From: an uncultured virus (IMG/VR IMGVR_UViG_3300035520_000621)
Lineage: Duplodnaviria > Heunggongvirae > Uroviricota > Caudoviricetes
DNA length: 64,000 nucleotides
Strand: one strand, 5' to 3'
IMG/VR virus record: IMGVR_UViG_3300035520_000621
Made by a program: the position numbers and the translations under genes. Shown in pieces: positions 17,601 to 26,500 of the stretch. The notes under the pieces were generated by a model. The model worked only from the letters and a program-made list of their open reading frames with translations, made no database searches and was not told the origin of the DNA. Position 1 is the stretch's first letter. Each line of letters opens with the position of its first letter.

Positions 17601-20600
17601 TGACGGTATTCCGTCCGACCATTGTTCCCCATCGGGCAGAGGCTGTGCGAAGCTGCCACCCTGCGGTGTGTCGGGAGTGTCGTCTTGGCGTAGGAATACG
17701 GTGCTGACGAACTGCGATTGTGCGTCCTTGCCGTCCTTGCCGTCTGCGCCCACCTTGTCGGCTTCGCTCTTAGTCCATAGTGGTTTGTCGTTGTCACCCT
17801 CTTCGAGCTTGATGTCGCCTACTACAACGCCTTGGCTGCCACTGCTTGCCCACGTCATGCTGACAAAACGGATATTGACGTAGATGTCGCCACTTATGTC
17901 TGTGCCGTTCTCGGTCAGCGTAAACTTGACAGATAGCTTGTCATATATAGAGTTGATTACTGCTGATGCTTGTGGTGCAAGATAGTCGTCGCCATTGATA
18001 GGCTTGATGTCGCAGAGGACTTTCTGCGGTCTTGTGCCACCAAAGCCCGTGCGGAATGACAGCGTATATGTGCGCCCCTTGATGAGCTTTTCTGAGGCTA
18101 TGGGATAGCGGAAAGCAATACCGAGTGAGTCTGTGGCAATAGTGGGTGTGCCGTCGCTCTGAATGATTGTCAGACCTACGCCCTTACCCTCTGTGGCTAC
18201 CATTTCGGAACGATACGGCTTAATTGACTCGCCCGACGCTGCATTGAGATAAGTGCCGTCGTCCTGCGGTGCATACCATCCGTTAGTGTTGCCGATGTAT
18301 ATATTCCAATTGTCTGTGCCGCAGTTCGTGCCGTCAAGAAGATTGACAGTGTAGCTTGCTCCGTCTGTGCCGTCATCGCCTCTTTCGCCCGATATGCGCA
18401 CGGGTGTAGACCACGTGCCTTTCAGCTTGTCGTCTTGTATCGTGGCTTGTATCATGTACAGCACTTGCCCTACCGACAGCGTGGGTGGTGTGTCTTTCCA
18501 CCCTTCGGGATTGCGCTGTGACTGCTGCGCTTCGGTGAGTTCTACGGTGTCCGTTTCAGCGTATGCGCGGTATTTGAAATCGACATAGCTGCCGTTAACT
18601 CCGTCCTCTGCCGTACACTGAACGGGTTCAGACCAATAGTTCCCGTCGGCGTCAGCGATAGGCTTGGCGGTCGCTCCGTCGATTGTGGCTTTTGTCATAA
18701 ACCACGTGTCTGCGCCCAACGGTGCATCATACCACATATTGCCGTCATTAGGTATTGTGTGTTCCGAGTCTGTCGGGCGTGCGGGTGGATTGCCGTCTGA
18801 TTGTATTGTGGCAAATGCGTAACTCGTCCACTGTCCGCTTGTGCCTTTTTCACCTTTGATGCGGACGATAGTCCAATCGCCCCATTTGCCGTTGCGACAT
18901 ACCTTTTCGGCTCGCCACAACATCTTGGTGAAGTCTACCTTGCCTGCATCATCGGTCGGATCATACCAATTGGCGGGGTTGTCTGTCGGGTTGCCGGGTT
19001 CTTCGTCAACATCGGAAAATTCCACATCGTAGTATGACGTATCAGTCATCTGTGACGGCATAGACCACAGGGTTTCTTCGCTGTCGGAGAATACACGCGA
19101 AGATGCCCACAGTATGGCATCTCCTTCGGGTATTCCGTCAGACCACTGAAACCATTCCTTGTTAATCTGAAACCAGTCGGGTATCGGGTTTTCGTATGTG
19201 CCACCCGACGGCGGGGCGGGCTGCTCCGAGCAACGCACGAATACCGTAGAAGTAAATGCACCACGCGCACCGTCCTTAACAACGGGTACGTGTGTACGCG
19301 CCAATTCGTCACCGCTTGTCTTGTCTATCAAGCGGAATATGATGCGGTCGCCGATAAGGTCTGTGCTGACATTATCGCCGCCGATAGTGATGTATTCTGT
19401 GCCGCTTTCCGTTTCGATGTAGCCGCTGCCGTCCTCTAACTCTATCGGTTCTTCGTTGCCCATAAGGAACTCCGCCCATGCAACATCATCAATGCTGTAT
19501 TGCAAGATTGCGCCTTTTTTGAGCAACGTTGCCGAGTCGTCAATGCTGATTGTTTTGCTGTTCGTTGCCAACGTGACTGTGCATGACAACGTTTCGGGGC
19601 GTATCTCGTTACGGCGTATTGATACGATGTTAGCTGACGGGTTAATCGTCCACACCTTGACTTCTTCGGGTGAGGCTGTCATTTGCCCCCAACCCGACGC
19701 TGTTGTAGACGGTTCTTCTGTGGTTTCGTTGATGAGGCACTGCCATAGCACACCGTTGTATGTTACCGTGTCGTAGGAGCTTGTTGTGGACTCGTAGGGG
19801 TTATCTGACGTGGCTGTGTCATACGACCACATTCCGCGATAGTTGGCGGTGCGTCGAATTAGTCCTTTGTAATTGACTTGAATGAGGTCTTGATATATGA
19901 CACCGCGAGCGTACAGATACGGTTGCCCTGTGTTGAGTTTCGCCATTGTGTCATCATCGAGCAAGCCTGCGGGGATTTGACCGAATACCGCACCGTAGTT
20001 GCCCTCTTCCAACGTGGGTTTGCGTACGCCCATGAGTTCGACAATATTGCCGTCGTCACACGATATATAGAATGACTGCTGCCGCGTGTTGCGGTATTTG
20101 GTCTGCGTCACACCGCTGACTGTTTCCGTGCCGTCGGCTACGATAAAGCTGACGTAATCGGGGTTGCTTGCTGTCGTGGCGTTGGCTTCTATGTTGTTAC
20201 CCCAACGAGTAATTATCATCTCGGCGGTCATTGGGTGGTTGACCTTGGCGGGTACTTCCTCGTCGGGGTATGGTACAAGTGTCAGAGTGTTTAAATCGCG
20301 GTCTACATCCTTGACTTGCGCCCATGCCTTGTAATATTCTTTGACTTCGCTGTCACTTGTGAGGTTGTTGACATAGCCGTAGACAACATCGCCTTTTTGG
20401 AACGCGGTAAAGTCTGCATCCCAACGCTTGCGCATTACGGCTGTCTGTGAGCCGTCCTCGTTGTCCTCTATGGTTTCGATTGTGCCGACATCGGCAAACG
20501 AGGTGTTGCCCTCTAAGGCGTTAAGGCGGTTGTAGATTAGCTCAAAGACTTTGAGGTAGCTTCGTGCGAAAATGCTTTCAAACTCCGCGTTGCCTGCCGA

Positions 20601-22442
20601 GTCGATTGCCGCACCTTGGTAGCCTGCTACGTAGTCGCCTGCGGTCATGCCGCTTGTCTTTGCCTTGCCGTCGGCTGTCATGCCATACGCGCCACTGCCA
20701 ACGGTCAAACCTTGGATAAACTGAATTAAGCCTTTAGCTGTGTCGGCAGACGTCTTGCTCAGGAACATCTCACGCCCGAAGGCTTGTACTAATTGGCGAA
20801 TTTGAACTGCGCTGTAACCACCGATACCGCCCGCACCGACACCACTTATGATGCTGTCGATTTGGTTTTGGATTTTCTCAATCGTGCCAACGGTTTTTTC
20901 GTCTGTCAGAGTTACTTTAATCGTTGGTAATTTACCATCTTCTTCGGTGATTTTGAGTGTATCAATGGTGATACTGCCTGTGACTTTAATATCATCATCT
21001 TCAAACAACATCAAATCGCCCTCTTTGATAGTTAGATAAATACTATCGACAACGCCGTCAGAAGCTATCGCTTCATCATGCTGCCTACGAAGCTGTATCT
21101 CATCAATCTCAGGGGTGTAAATATATTTCGTGTAGTCGTTTTTGGCGAGGTAGGCTTGTGCGGCTGCCAACAACTCTTGGGATGCCTCTTTGATATACAC
21201 ATCGGGCATCTCAATATTGAGCAACGTATATGTGTCACCACTCTTGATGTTGTAGTATTGGTTGGGGAAGTACAAATCAATATCCGTATCCTCAACGCGG
21301 TTACAAGTCAATTCATATTGGTCTGTTTCCTTGTTGTAGGCACATCCGGTGATTTCAAATTCACGCCCCGCACACATACCGCTCTTAAATGATATTGTTG
21401 CGCTTTCTGTTGACAGATAATCATTAATATCAAAGCCAATATTTTTAATGTAGATTTTAAATGACGGAATTTCGTCACCTTCCTCCAACTCGTCCCATGT
21501 GCCATCATCTGTTGCTTGTTCAGCGTCTACAACTTCGCTTTCAAGATGTGGAAAAATCTCATCTAAGTCGTCATCGCTGCCGTCAAAGAATACGGTTGCT
21601 TCTCTAATACCGAGCGTTTCAATATTCGGGCTGTCGATATAGGGGTCGAGCGTTTCATCGGGGAATGATGGTAACATTAGATTGGTTACCGCCATATTGT
21701 TAGGAATACCTGTTGATAGCTTATTGTAATAACGAGAAGGCATGTTGGTCGTTGAACCATACGCGCGGAGACGAGTTATTATCTCTTGATTACTGTCAGC
21801 CTCGCGCTTGATTTGATATAACCCTTTGCCCTTGCCTTGTCGCAATACAGTGTTGATTGGTACGCCCGCCGTTCCGATAGTGATTGTACGCCCTCGGATA
21901 ATGAAATTGGCTTTAAACTTGGTGTTGACAAGTTCGAGCGCACCCCACACTTTGATATTTGATACGGAAATGCTAATATTAGTCTTGTCTACGTATCCCT
22001 CATTGACTTCAACCGTCCATTTTTTATCGTCTGTGTAGATACGGTCAAGGTTAACCTGAATACGCTCCGCCAAATCAGCTATTGATGAAGCATAGAATGA
22101 GAAATTAGGCAGACTTGTGAAGTGGATTTGATTATCTTCAGATACATAATCAAGGAAGTCGCACCGCGTCAACTCGTCACTCAGTGAATTGAATTTGACA
22201 TCGCTGTACTTAAATTCCTCGCCTCGGCTAATACCACTTACCGCCTTGATTACTGTCGGATCATAGTTTATTTCAAACCGCTCATTGCGGTATTCCAAAT
22301 AGTCGCCAATCTCAAAAGCAATTGGGGTGGGGGATTTTATCGTTGTGGTGACATAGCATTCGCCCATCCACGTACCATTGTATTCCAACGAGCCAACTTC
22401 ACACCTTACAATTGTGCCGTCAGCATTATATACCTTCCACAT
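14646..22442 (-). CDS. Large tail tip/fibre protein with collagen-like and duplicated modules
   Basis: 2598 aa; IITRLRAYGS..N tail-tip motif; GEDGKDGKDGEKGDKGDKGEDG and other G-X-Y runs. Confidence 0.85.
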   Translation of the reverse strand: MWKVYNADGTIVRCEVGSLEYNGTWMGECYVTTTIKSPTPIAFEIGDYLEYRNERFEINYDPTVIKAVSGISRGEEFKYSDVKFNSLSDELTRCDFLDYVSEDNQIHFTSLPNFSFYASSIADLAERIQVNLDRIYTDDKKWTVEVNEGYVDKTNISISVSNIKVWGALELVNTKFKANFIIRGRTITIGTAGVPINTVLRQGKGKGLYQIKREADSNQEIITRLRAYGSTTNMPSRYYNKLSTGIPNNMAVTNLMLPSFPDETLDPYIDSPNIETLGIREATVFFDGSDDDLDEIFPHLESEVVDAEQATDDGTWDELEEGDEIPSFKIYIKNIGFDINDYLSTESATISFKSGMCAGREFEITGCAYNKETDQYELTCNRVEDTDIDLYFPNQYYNIKSGDTYTLLNIEMPDVYIKEASQELLAAAQAYLAKNDYTKYIYTPEIDEIQLRRQHDEAIASDGVVDSIYLTIKEGDLMLFEDDDIKVTGSITIDTLKITEEDGKLPTIKVTLTDEKTVGTIEKIQNQIDSIISGVGAGGIGGYSAVQIRQLVQAFGREMFLSKTSADTAKGLIQFIQGLTVGSGAYGMTADGKAKTSGMTAGDYVAGYQGAAIDSAGNAEFESIFARSYLKVFELIYNRLNALEGNTSFADVGTIETIEDNEDGSQTAVMRKRWDADFTAFQKGDVVYGYVNNLTSDSEVKEYYKAWAQVKDVDRDLNTLTLVPYPDEEVPAKVNHPMTAEMIITRWGNNIEANATTASNPDYVSFIVADGTETVSGVTQTKYRNTRQQSFYISCDDGNIVELMGVRKPTLEEGNYGAVFGQIPAGLLDDDTMAKLNTGQPYLYARGVIYQDLIQVNYKGLIRRTANYRGMWSYDTATSDNPYESTTSSYDTVTYNGVLWQCLINETTEEPSTTASGWGQMTASPEEVKVWTINPSANIVSIRRNEIRPETLSCTVTLATNSKTISIDDSATLLKKGAILQYSIDDVAWAEFLMGNEEPIELEDGSGYIETESGTEYITIGGDNVSTDLIGDRIIFRLIDKTSGDELARTHVPVVKDGARGAFTSTVFVRCSEQPAPPSGGTYENPIPDWFQINKEWFQWSDGIPEGDAILWASSRVFSDSEETLWSMPSQMTDTSYYDVEFSDVDEEPGNPTDNPANWYDPTDDAGKVDFTKMLWRAEKVCRNGKWGDWTIVRIKGEKGTSGQWTSYAFATIQSDGNPPARPTDSEHTIPNDGNMWYDAPLGADTWFMTKATIDGATAKPIADADGNYWSEPVQCTAEDGVNGSYVDFKYRAYAETDTVELTEAQQSQRNPEGWKDTPPTLSVGQVLYMIQATIQDDKLKGTWSTPVRISGERGDDGTDGASYTVNLLDGTNCGTDNWNIYIGNTNGWYAPQDDGTYLNAASGESIKPYRSEMVATEGKGVGLTIIQSDGTPTIATDSLGIAFRYPIASEKLIKGRTYTLSFRTGFGGTRPQKVLCDIKPINGDDYLAPQASAVINSIYDKLSVKFTLTENGTDISGDIYVNIRFVSMTWASSGSQGVVVGDIKLEEGDNDKPLWTKSEADKVGADGKDGKDAQSQFVSTVFLRQDDTPDTPQGGSFAQPLPDGEQWSDGIPSGTAKLWYSHRRFTSDGASPQEDTWTTPAVLADSADFDVEYCTKAKYDSAPQGHPNTNTEWSNDATEDAVWMATCSKSANGDWSEWVVAKIKGENGADAENYWLVVNPTSVNVDNYGDSSVINITARIMHQTGNGAVEEIDSEYTQEEAYCYYIEVIYSLNGKKTALILDGDSDKPVTVSATKAWEYVTFNLMKGYDGRYAATLQTVTVPFVANGITADWVSYVFKAADADGIPTQPTDSDKTIPDGWSDAPTAEGVWYMSKATIDGTTSLPKKDSNGDYWSAPVQCTAEDGENGEYTDFKYQAAKAGDLVAYNATSDNPGSGWRDTPYYLDYDSSIQQYIWMITAVKVNGKLKDGTTWSTPVRINGEDGKDGKDGEKGDKGDKGEDGIGSTTYQLVVSPQTVRVTASGEVYAISKTVTAYVVQTYGSKTDKLDTRTLLRDANLKLYVKGISQSDSDAIEITNGTSKDNLEVSIVYSNNEKAYWTSGGSITVDTKTQFDFILKKADTTTETEIARETVTLVADGAKGDKGEQGKQGEAGAAGERGQIGNMLYPAGVYNSATEYTSTGTLSPFVLYLNSYYYLLPNKTYCGEAAANGDPASDYANSSNPSWAKFQQFNAVFTELLMANFAKLASAVFSGDYMFSQKGTRRVMKNMWMSKAEGTKVGSTAVKNYSYTDIQLINGTYNGDTVEARFLITKDEDDTPSVELNGTTPVGWSVIPQERSSNDDVLWLITRTNSGSWSTPQKIVFDTSSTEGNTISLYAFQIRDIQAAKPIAESTTGGWLSAWSKYPSPVVYEDDGSYAEFDGSMELFEPNFSVDLMTGNVRANKGVFKGIVTNDTTVITPDNYLDYMTKSYFSAVNRTYYKLNLSKCANRIIFKDTTTKFNSDTMIFYTIQMPVFENDASYTDEYLEQVRSYIGTTLTIYNYSVATITIDCASAVGATSHSSTYLRQNQCISLRCVLNVNGIDECVVWETYGTANAIIASK

Positions 22443-22444
22443 AA

Positions 22445-22933
22445 CTAATCAGTAATAATTGAATTGTTGTTAAGTTGAACCACACTACTTGGTTTAGTCA
22501 CGCGAAAGGTTAGTTTGAACGGCATAACTTCATCGCAATTTGATTTGTTGAAGTCGTCATCACTTGAACTTTTAAGATAACACCCTGCGTAGCCTTTGCC
22601 GCTGTTGTTGTCGTAGATACACAACTCTGTACCTGAGCCTTCATCTGTGTCTGTACCTGTCAGGTATTGAATAAACGAAGTTAAGTTGGCACAGATTTCC
22701 CCTATCGAACCCTTGTAAGCCAATTCGAGGTCAATGTCAAATGCTTTTTGTGTGAGTTTTAGAGGGAAATAGGTGTCTTCTCCATCCTCGTTGGCAAAGT
22801 CGCGATTTGATAAATCTTTTATGTTCCCAATCAACTGAAACGGAAACGATGTGCAGCCTATCTGCCATTCGACCATAGCATTATGCGCAGATGCTTCAGT
22901 AGGTTTTTGAAACAGGATATCAGATGTGTTCAT
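22445..22933 (-). CDS. Putative distal tail protein
   Basis: Size and position between tape measure and tail tip; F.LTFRVT.P C-terminus. Confidence 0.55.
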   Translation of the reverse strand: MNTSDILFQKPTEASAHNAMVEWQIGCTSFPFQLIGNIKDLSNRDFANEDGEDTYFPLKLTQKAFDIDLELAYKGSIGEICANLTSFIQYLTGTDTDEGSGTELCIYDNNSGKGYAGCYLKSSSDDDFNKSNCDEVMPFKLTFRVTKPSSVVQLNNNSIITD

Positions 22934-22993
22934 GTGCTTTTCACGTGTTAGTTATGATATTGACAAATATAGCCAATTATGCCAATATATTCG

Positions 22994-23509
22994 TCATAAT
23001 GTCAACTTTTTTCTGAAAATTTTAACCTTGTCATTTGCGATTATATCAGCCATACCGTCCGAATAATCGAATACGACAGCCCTTGCCGCGACATCGGTGT
23101 TGACTGTATATTTGCCGCCATTGTAGATTGACAGCGTTAATGACGCAAATGACGATACATGAATATCGAGCGTACTTGCTGATGTTTTAACCGCCACTGC
23201 TTGGAATTGTTTAATATCCAAATTGGCTGTTGAATTGCGAAATACATACGTCCCGTTGTCGATTTGCTCATTGATGTTATCGTCATCAACGAAGACACCA
23301 TGTAGCCTTAACAGAGTTCTGTTGAAGTTATCGAATACCATATCACTTGACGGATAACCTTTGTACAAACAGAATTGTGAGTTGCGCTTGAATAGCTGTA
23401 TCAGTCCTATGAGCGATTTATCGTCACGCCAATCCGCCAACCCCTTCTGACAAGCAGAGAGGTTGATGGCTTGTTGACGTAATTCGTTGTTTAATTGTGT
23501 GATGTCCAT
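22994..23509 (-). CDS. Hypothetical protein downstream of tape measure
   Basis: Probable start MDITQLNNEL at 23509. Confidence 0.7.
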   Translation of the reverse strand: MDITQLNNELRQQAINLSACQKGLADWRDDKSLIGLIQLFKRNSQFCLYKGYPSSDMVFDNFNRTLLRLHGVFVDDDNINEQIDNGTYVFRNSTANLDIKQFQAVAVKTSASTLDIHVSSFASLTLSIYNGGKYTVNTDVAARAVVFDYSDGMADIIANDKVKIFRKKLTL

Positions 23510-23519
23510 AACGAATATT

Positions 23520-26500
23520 TTATGCGATTTTAAATCCTTTACCTGTTGTGATATTGCTTGAAAGCAAATCTTTGATTTCCTCGGCGGCTTTGGCATTATT
23601 CTCTGTGTTGATAGCGATTGCTTCAAGTTGGCGCAACTGTGCTTCGACAATAACAGAGAAACGCGGCATATAATCTTCGACAATCTGACGGATATACTCA
23701 CGTTTAACAGATACATCTGCGCGAATTGCATTAATGTAGCTTGCGAGCAAATCAGCCGTTTCCTCAGTTACGCCTTGAATGGATTTAGTCATACCTGACG
23801 AGTCATCATCTTTGAGGGATATGCCATAATTCTTTTTCATGTAATCCTCGATTTGGTCGAGGTATTCATAATAAGCATCTGTTTTGTCTCTAATACCAAT
23901 CAAGTAGTCTGCAATCGTCTTAATCTCCGTCTCGTCAAGTGCGAAGTCTTTGCCAAACATACCACTCATACCATCCTCACCGAACAACATCGTTTGCAGT
24001 TTTTCAAGCGCGGGTTGGATTACGCCCAACTTTAAAACATTGCTTACAACATCGCTCATGATGTCAGCAACGGTATCATTGAAAGCCCTTGCTCCGTCCT
24101 CACCCTTTTGCCAAGCATCTAACAAAGCGTCGCCAATTTGGCTTGCCCAATCTTTGAGATTGATACCATACAGAGAGTCAGCTGTCTCTTCGGCGTAATC
24201 TATGATTTGGTCTTCGAGTTCTTCAATATCCGCTGTGACTTCATTGATTTCGTCCGTCTTGTCGCCTTTCTCTTTTTCTAATGCCGCAAGTTGAGCCTTT
24301 TTCTCGTCAAGTTCATCTTGCAATAGTTGGCGTTGATAAGCGTATATACCTCCTGATTGGTAAGCCTTGATGCGTTCTGTGTATCTGGCAATATTTGCCT
24401 CAATATCACTGCGCTCAGTATCACCGACTGATGGGTGATAACCTTTGGCAATAGCATCGTCAAGTTCTTTGAGGCGGTCTGTATATTCCGCCAGCTTTGC
24501 AATATCATCATCCAAACTTGCCGGTCTGATTGTGGTGTAATTCGCAAGCGAGCGTTCAAGCAATCTGTCAATTGCATCGCTTATCATTTCGATTTGAGCA
24601 ACACGTTGCTCTGATTGCTTGATTAGTTTTTCAAGTACCGCCTGATGTGCGCTAAATATCTTTGTTAAACCATTCACTGCCACTGTCACTGCCGCCGCAA
24701 TACCGCCATACACGCCTCCTGAAGCAAAGCCTTGTACGATTGCTGCTGCACCCTCTGCGACAAATGATACTGTTTCCATTGCCTTTGCCGCACTCTCATC
24801 ACCCAATACCTCAAACATTTCTTGAAATGAATTTGAGATTTGAGCGATTTGTTCAGCACAAGCGGCAAACGATGCTCCGACCTCGCGCCAAGCCTTACCC
24901 TTATCTACATCCTTCTCGGTACTCTTGTAGAGCTTCTTTAGGTTGTCAATAGAGCTAAATAATGTACTAAATGGATTTTTCTCGACCTTGGTGTCAAAGA
25001 AACCGTCAAGAGAGTCGCGCAACTTTTTAAGTAAGGACTCAGTAAGAGTAACTTCTTTTTTCTCATTGCCGTCCATATAGAATGACCTATAAATAGAAGG
25101 CTTGCCATTCTTAAAATTTTTACCAACCGCGTTCTTGACGAGTTCTTTGGCTCGATTTGCCGACTTGTTCACTGCGCCCCAATCTTGATATTTCATTGAG
25201 CCAAAGATTTGTTGATAAAGTGGTGAGAGTGAGAATAAATCGCTTTTCAACTCGTCAATTTGACTTTGAATTTGTTGGATGCGAGCCTCCTCGCCTTCAG
25301 GGAGTATTGACTCGTCTTTGTATTGGTCGCGAATGGTTTGTATTTGCTGTTCCAATACTTTGATTTGTTCCTCCTTGTCGTATTGCGAAGCGATAGCTGT
25401 TGCACCCTCGGTGAGCATGGTACGCGCATTGGCTCTGATTTGCTTTTGGATTTCTTGATACAACTTTAGCAGAGCCTCGTTGTTGTTGAAAAACGCCTTT
25501 GCCTCTGCGCTATCCATATCCCAATTGATAATCTTGTCGCCAATGTTGAACTTAGACATTTCTTGTTCCAGCTTATCACGCATTGTTTTTGCTGTTTCAT
25601 CCCATATACCCGTTTTGGAGAACGCGAGTTTGGCATAGCTTTTGTTGCCTGTCTTGTTGAGAATATCGTAGTACAACCCCCATTGGTCTGTTGTATCTGA
25701 TACGAATTTCTCGATGGCTTGTTTGGTCTCGTCAAGTTGCTTCTTTGTCTCGTCATAATCGAATTTCAGCAATTCCTCTTCACCTTGACGCGCGAAGGAT
25801 TGAGCCGATGTGTCTTTTAACGCGGCTTTTGCTTGTTTTACAATGCTGACGATGTTGGTGCGAAGTTCTTCGATGTTGAAATTTTTGTCGGAGAACAGAG
25901 CGGAATAAACATTGCTCTCTTTAAGTTTCTGCAATGCCGCGTCTTTGCCAACGAGTTCAGTCCAACGTTGATACTCAGAATAAGCCGATTTAAGCAACGA
26001 CAAACGCTCCTTTAAACGCTTGGTGAGTGCGCTTTCTGCTTGCTTTGCTGCTGCGCGTTGTTGCTTCTCGGTTTCAAGGCTAAACCCTTCGGTGTTTGCA
26101 CCGGCAACGGCTGCGTCAATCTTGTCGATATACTCGTTGTATTGTTCGGCAATTTCCTGATTGCGCGGCGTCATGACGCTAAGACCTGTAATCTTTTTAC
26201 CGGGGGTAAACGAAATACCCGCCTTGATTAATACAGGCTTCAACTTCTCCGCTTCTTCCTTGGCTTCTTTGTGCGCTTTGCGCACAGAGTCGATAACTGA
26301 CGCATAGTCTGCTGCTGCATTGACTACGGTATCGTATTTGCCTTGCAGACTTTGTTTGAGACGTTCCTTCCATTGTTCGATAGCTTTTTCAGAACCCTCA
26401 AAGTCAACCGAAACGCTAATGTTGAATTTTTCGAGCAACTGCTTTTCAATCTCGGCACGGATTTCGGGAGATGCTTCTTTTGCACTGTCAACAAGTGTTT

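Noticed and set aside
14052..22442. Additional DGR target VRs in other tail genes
   Set aside because: No further TR-like sequence seen at the ends of these genes by eye; a formal search of the full genome was not possible
23510..23731. N-terminal extension of the 22994-23731 ORF
   Set aside because: Overlaps the tape measure 3' end; ATG at 23509 just after the TMP stop is more plausible
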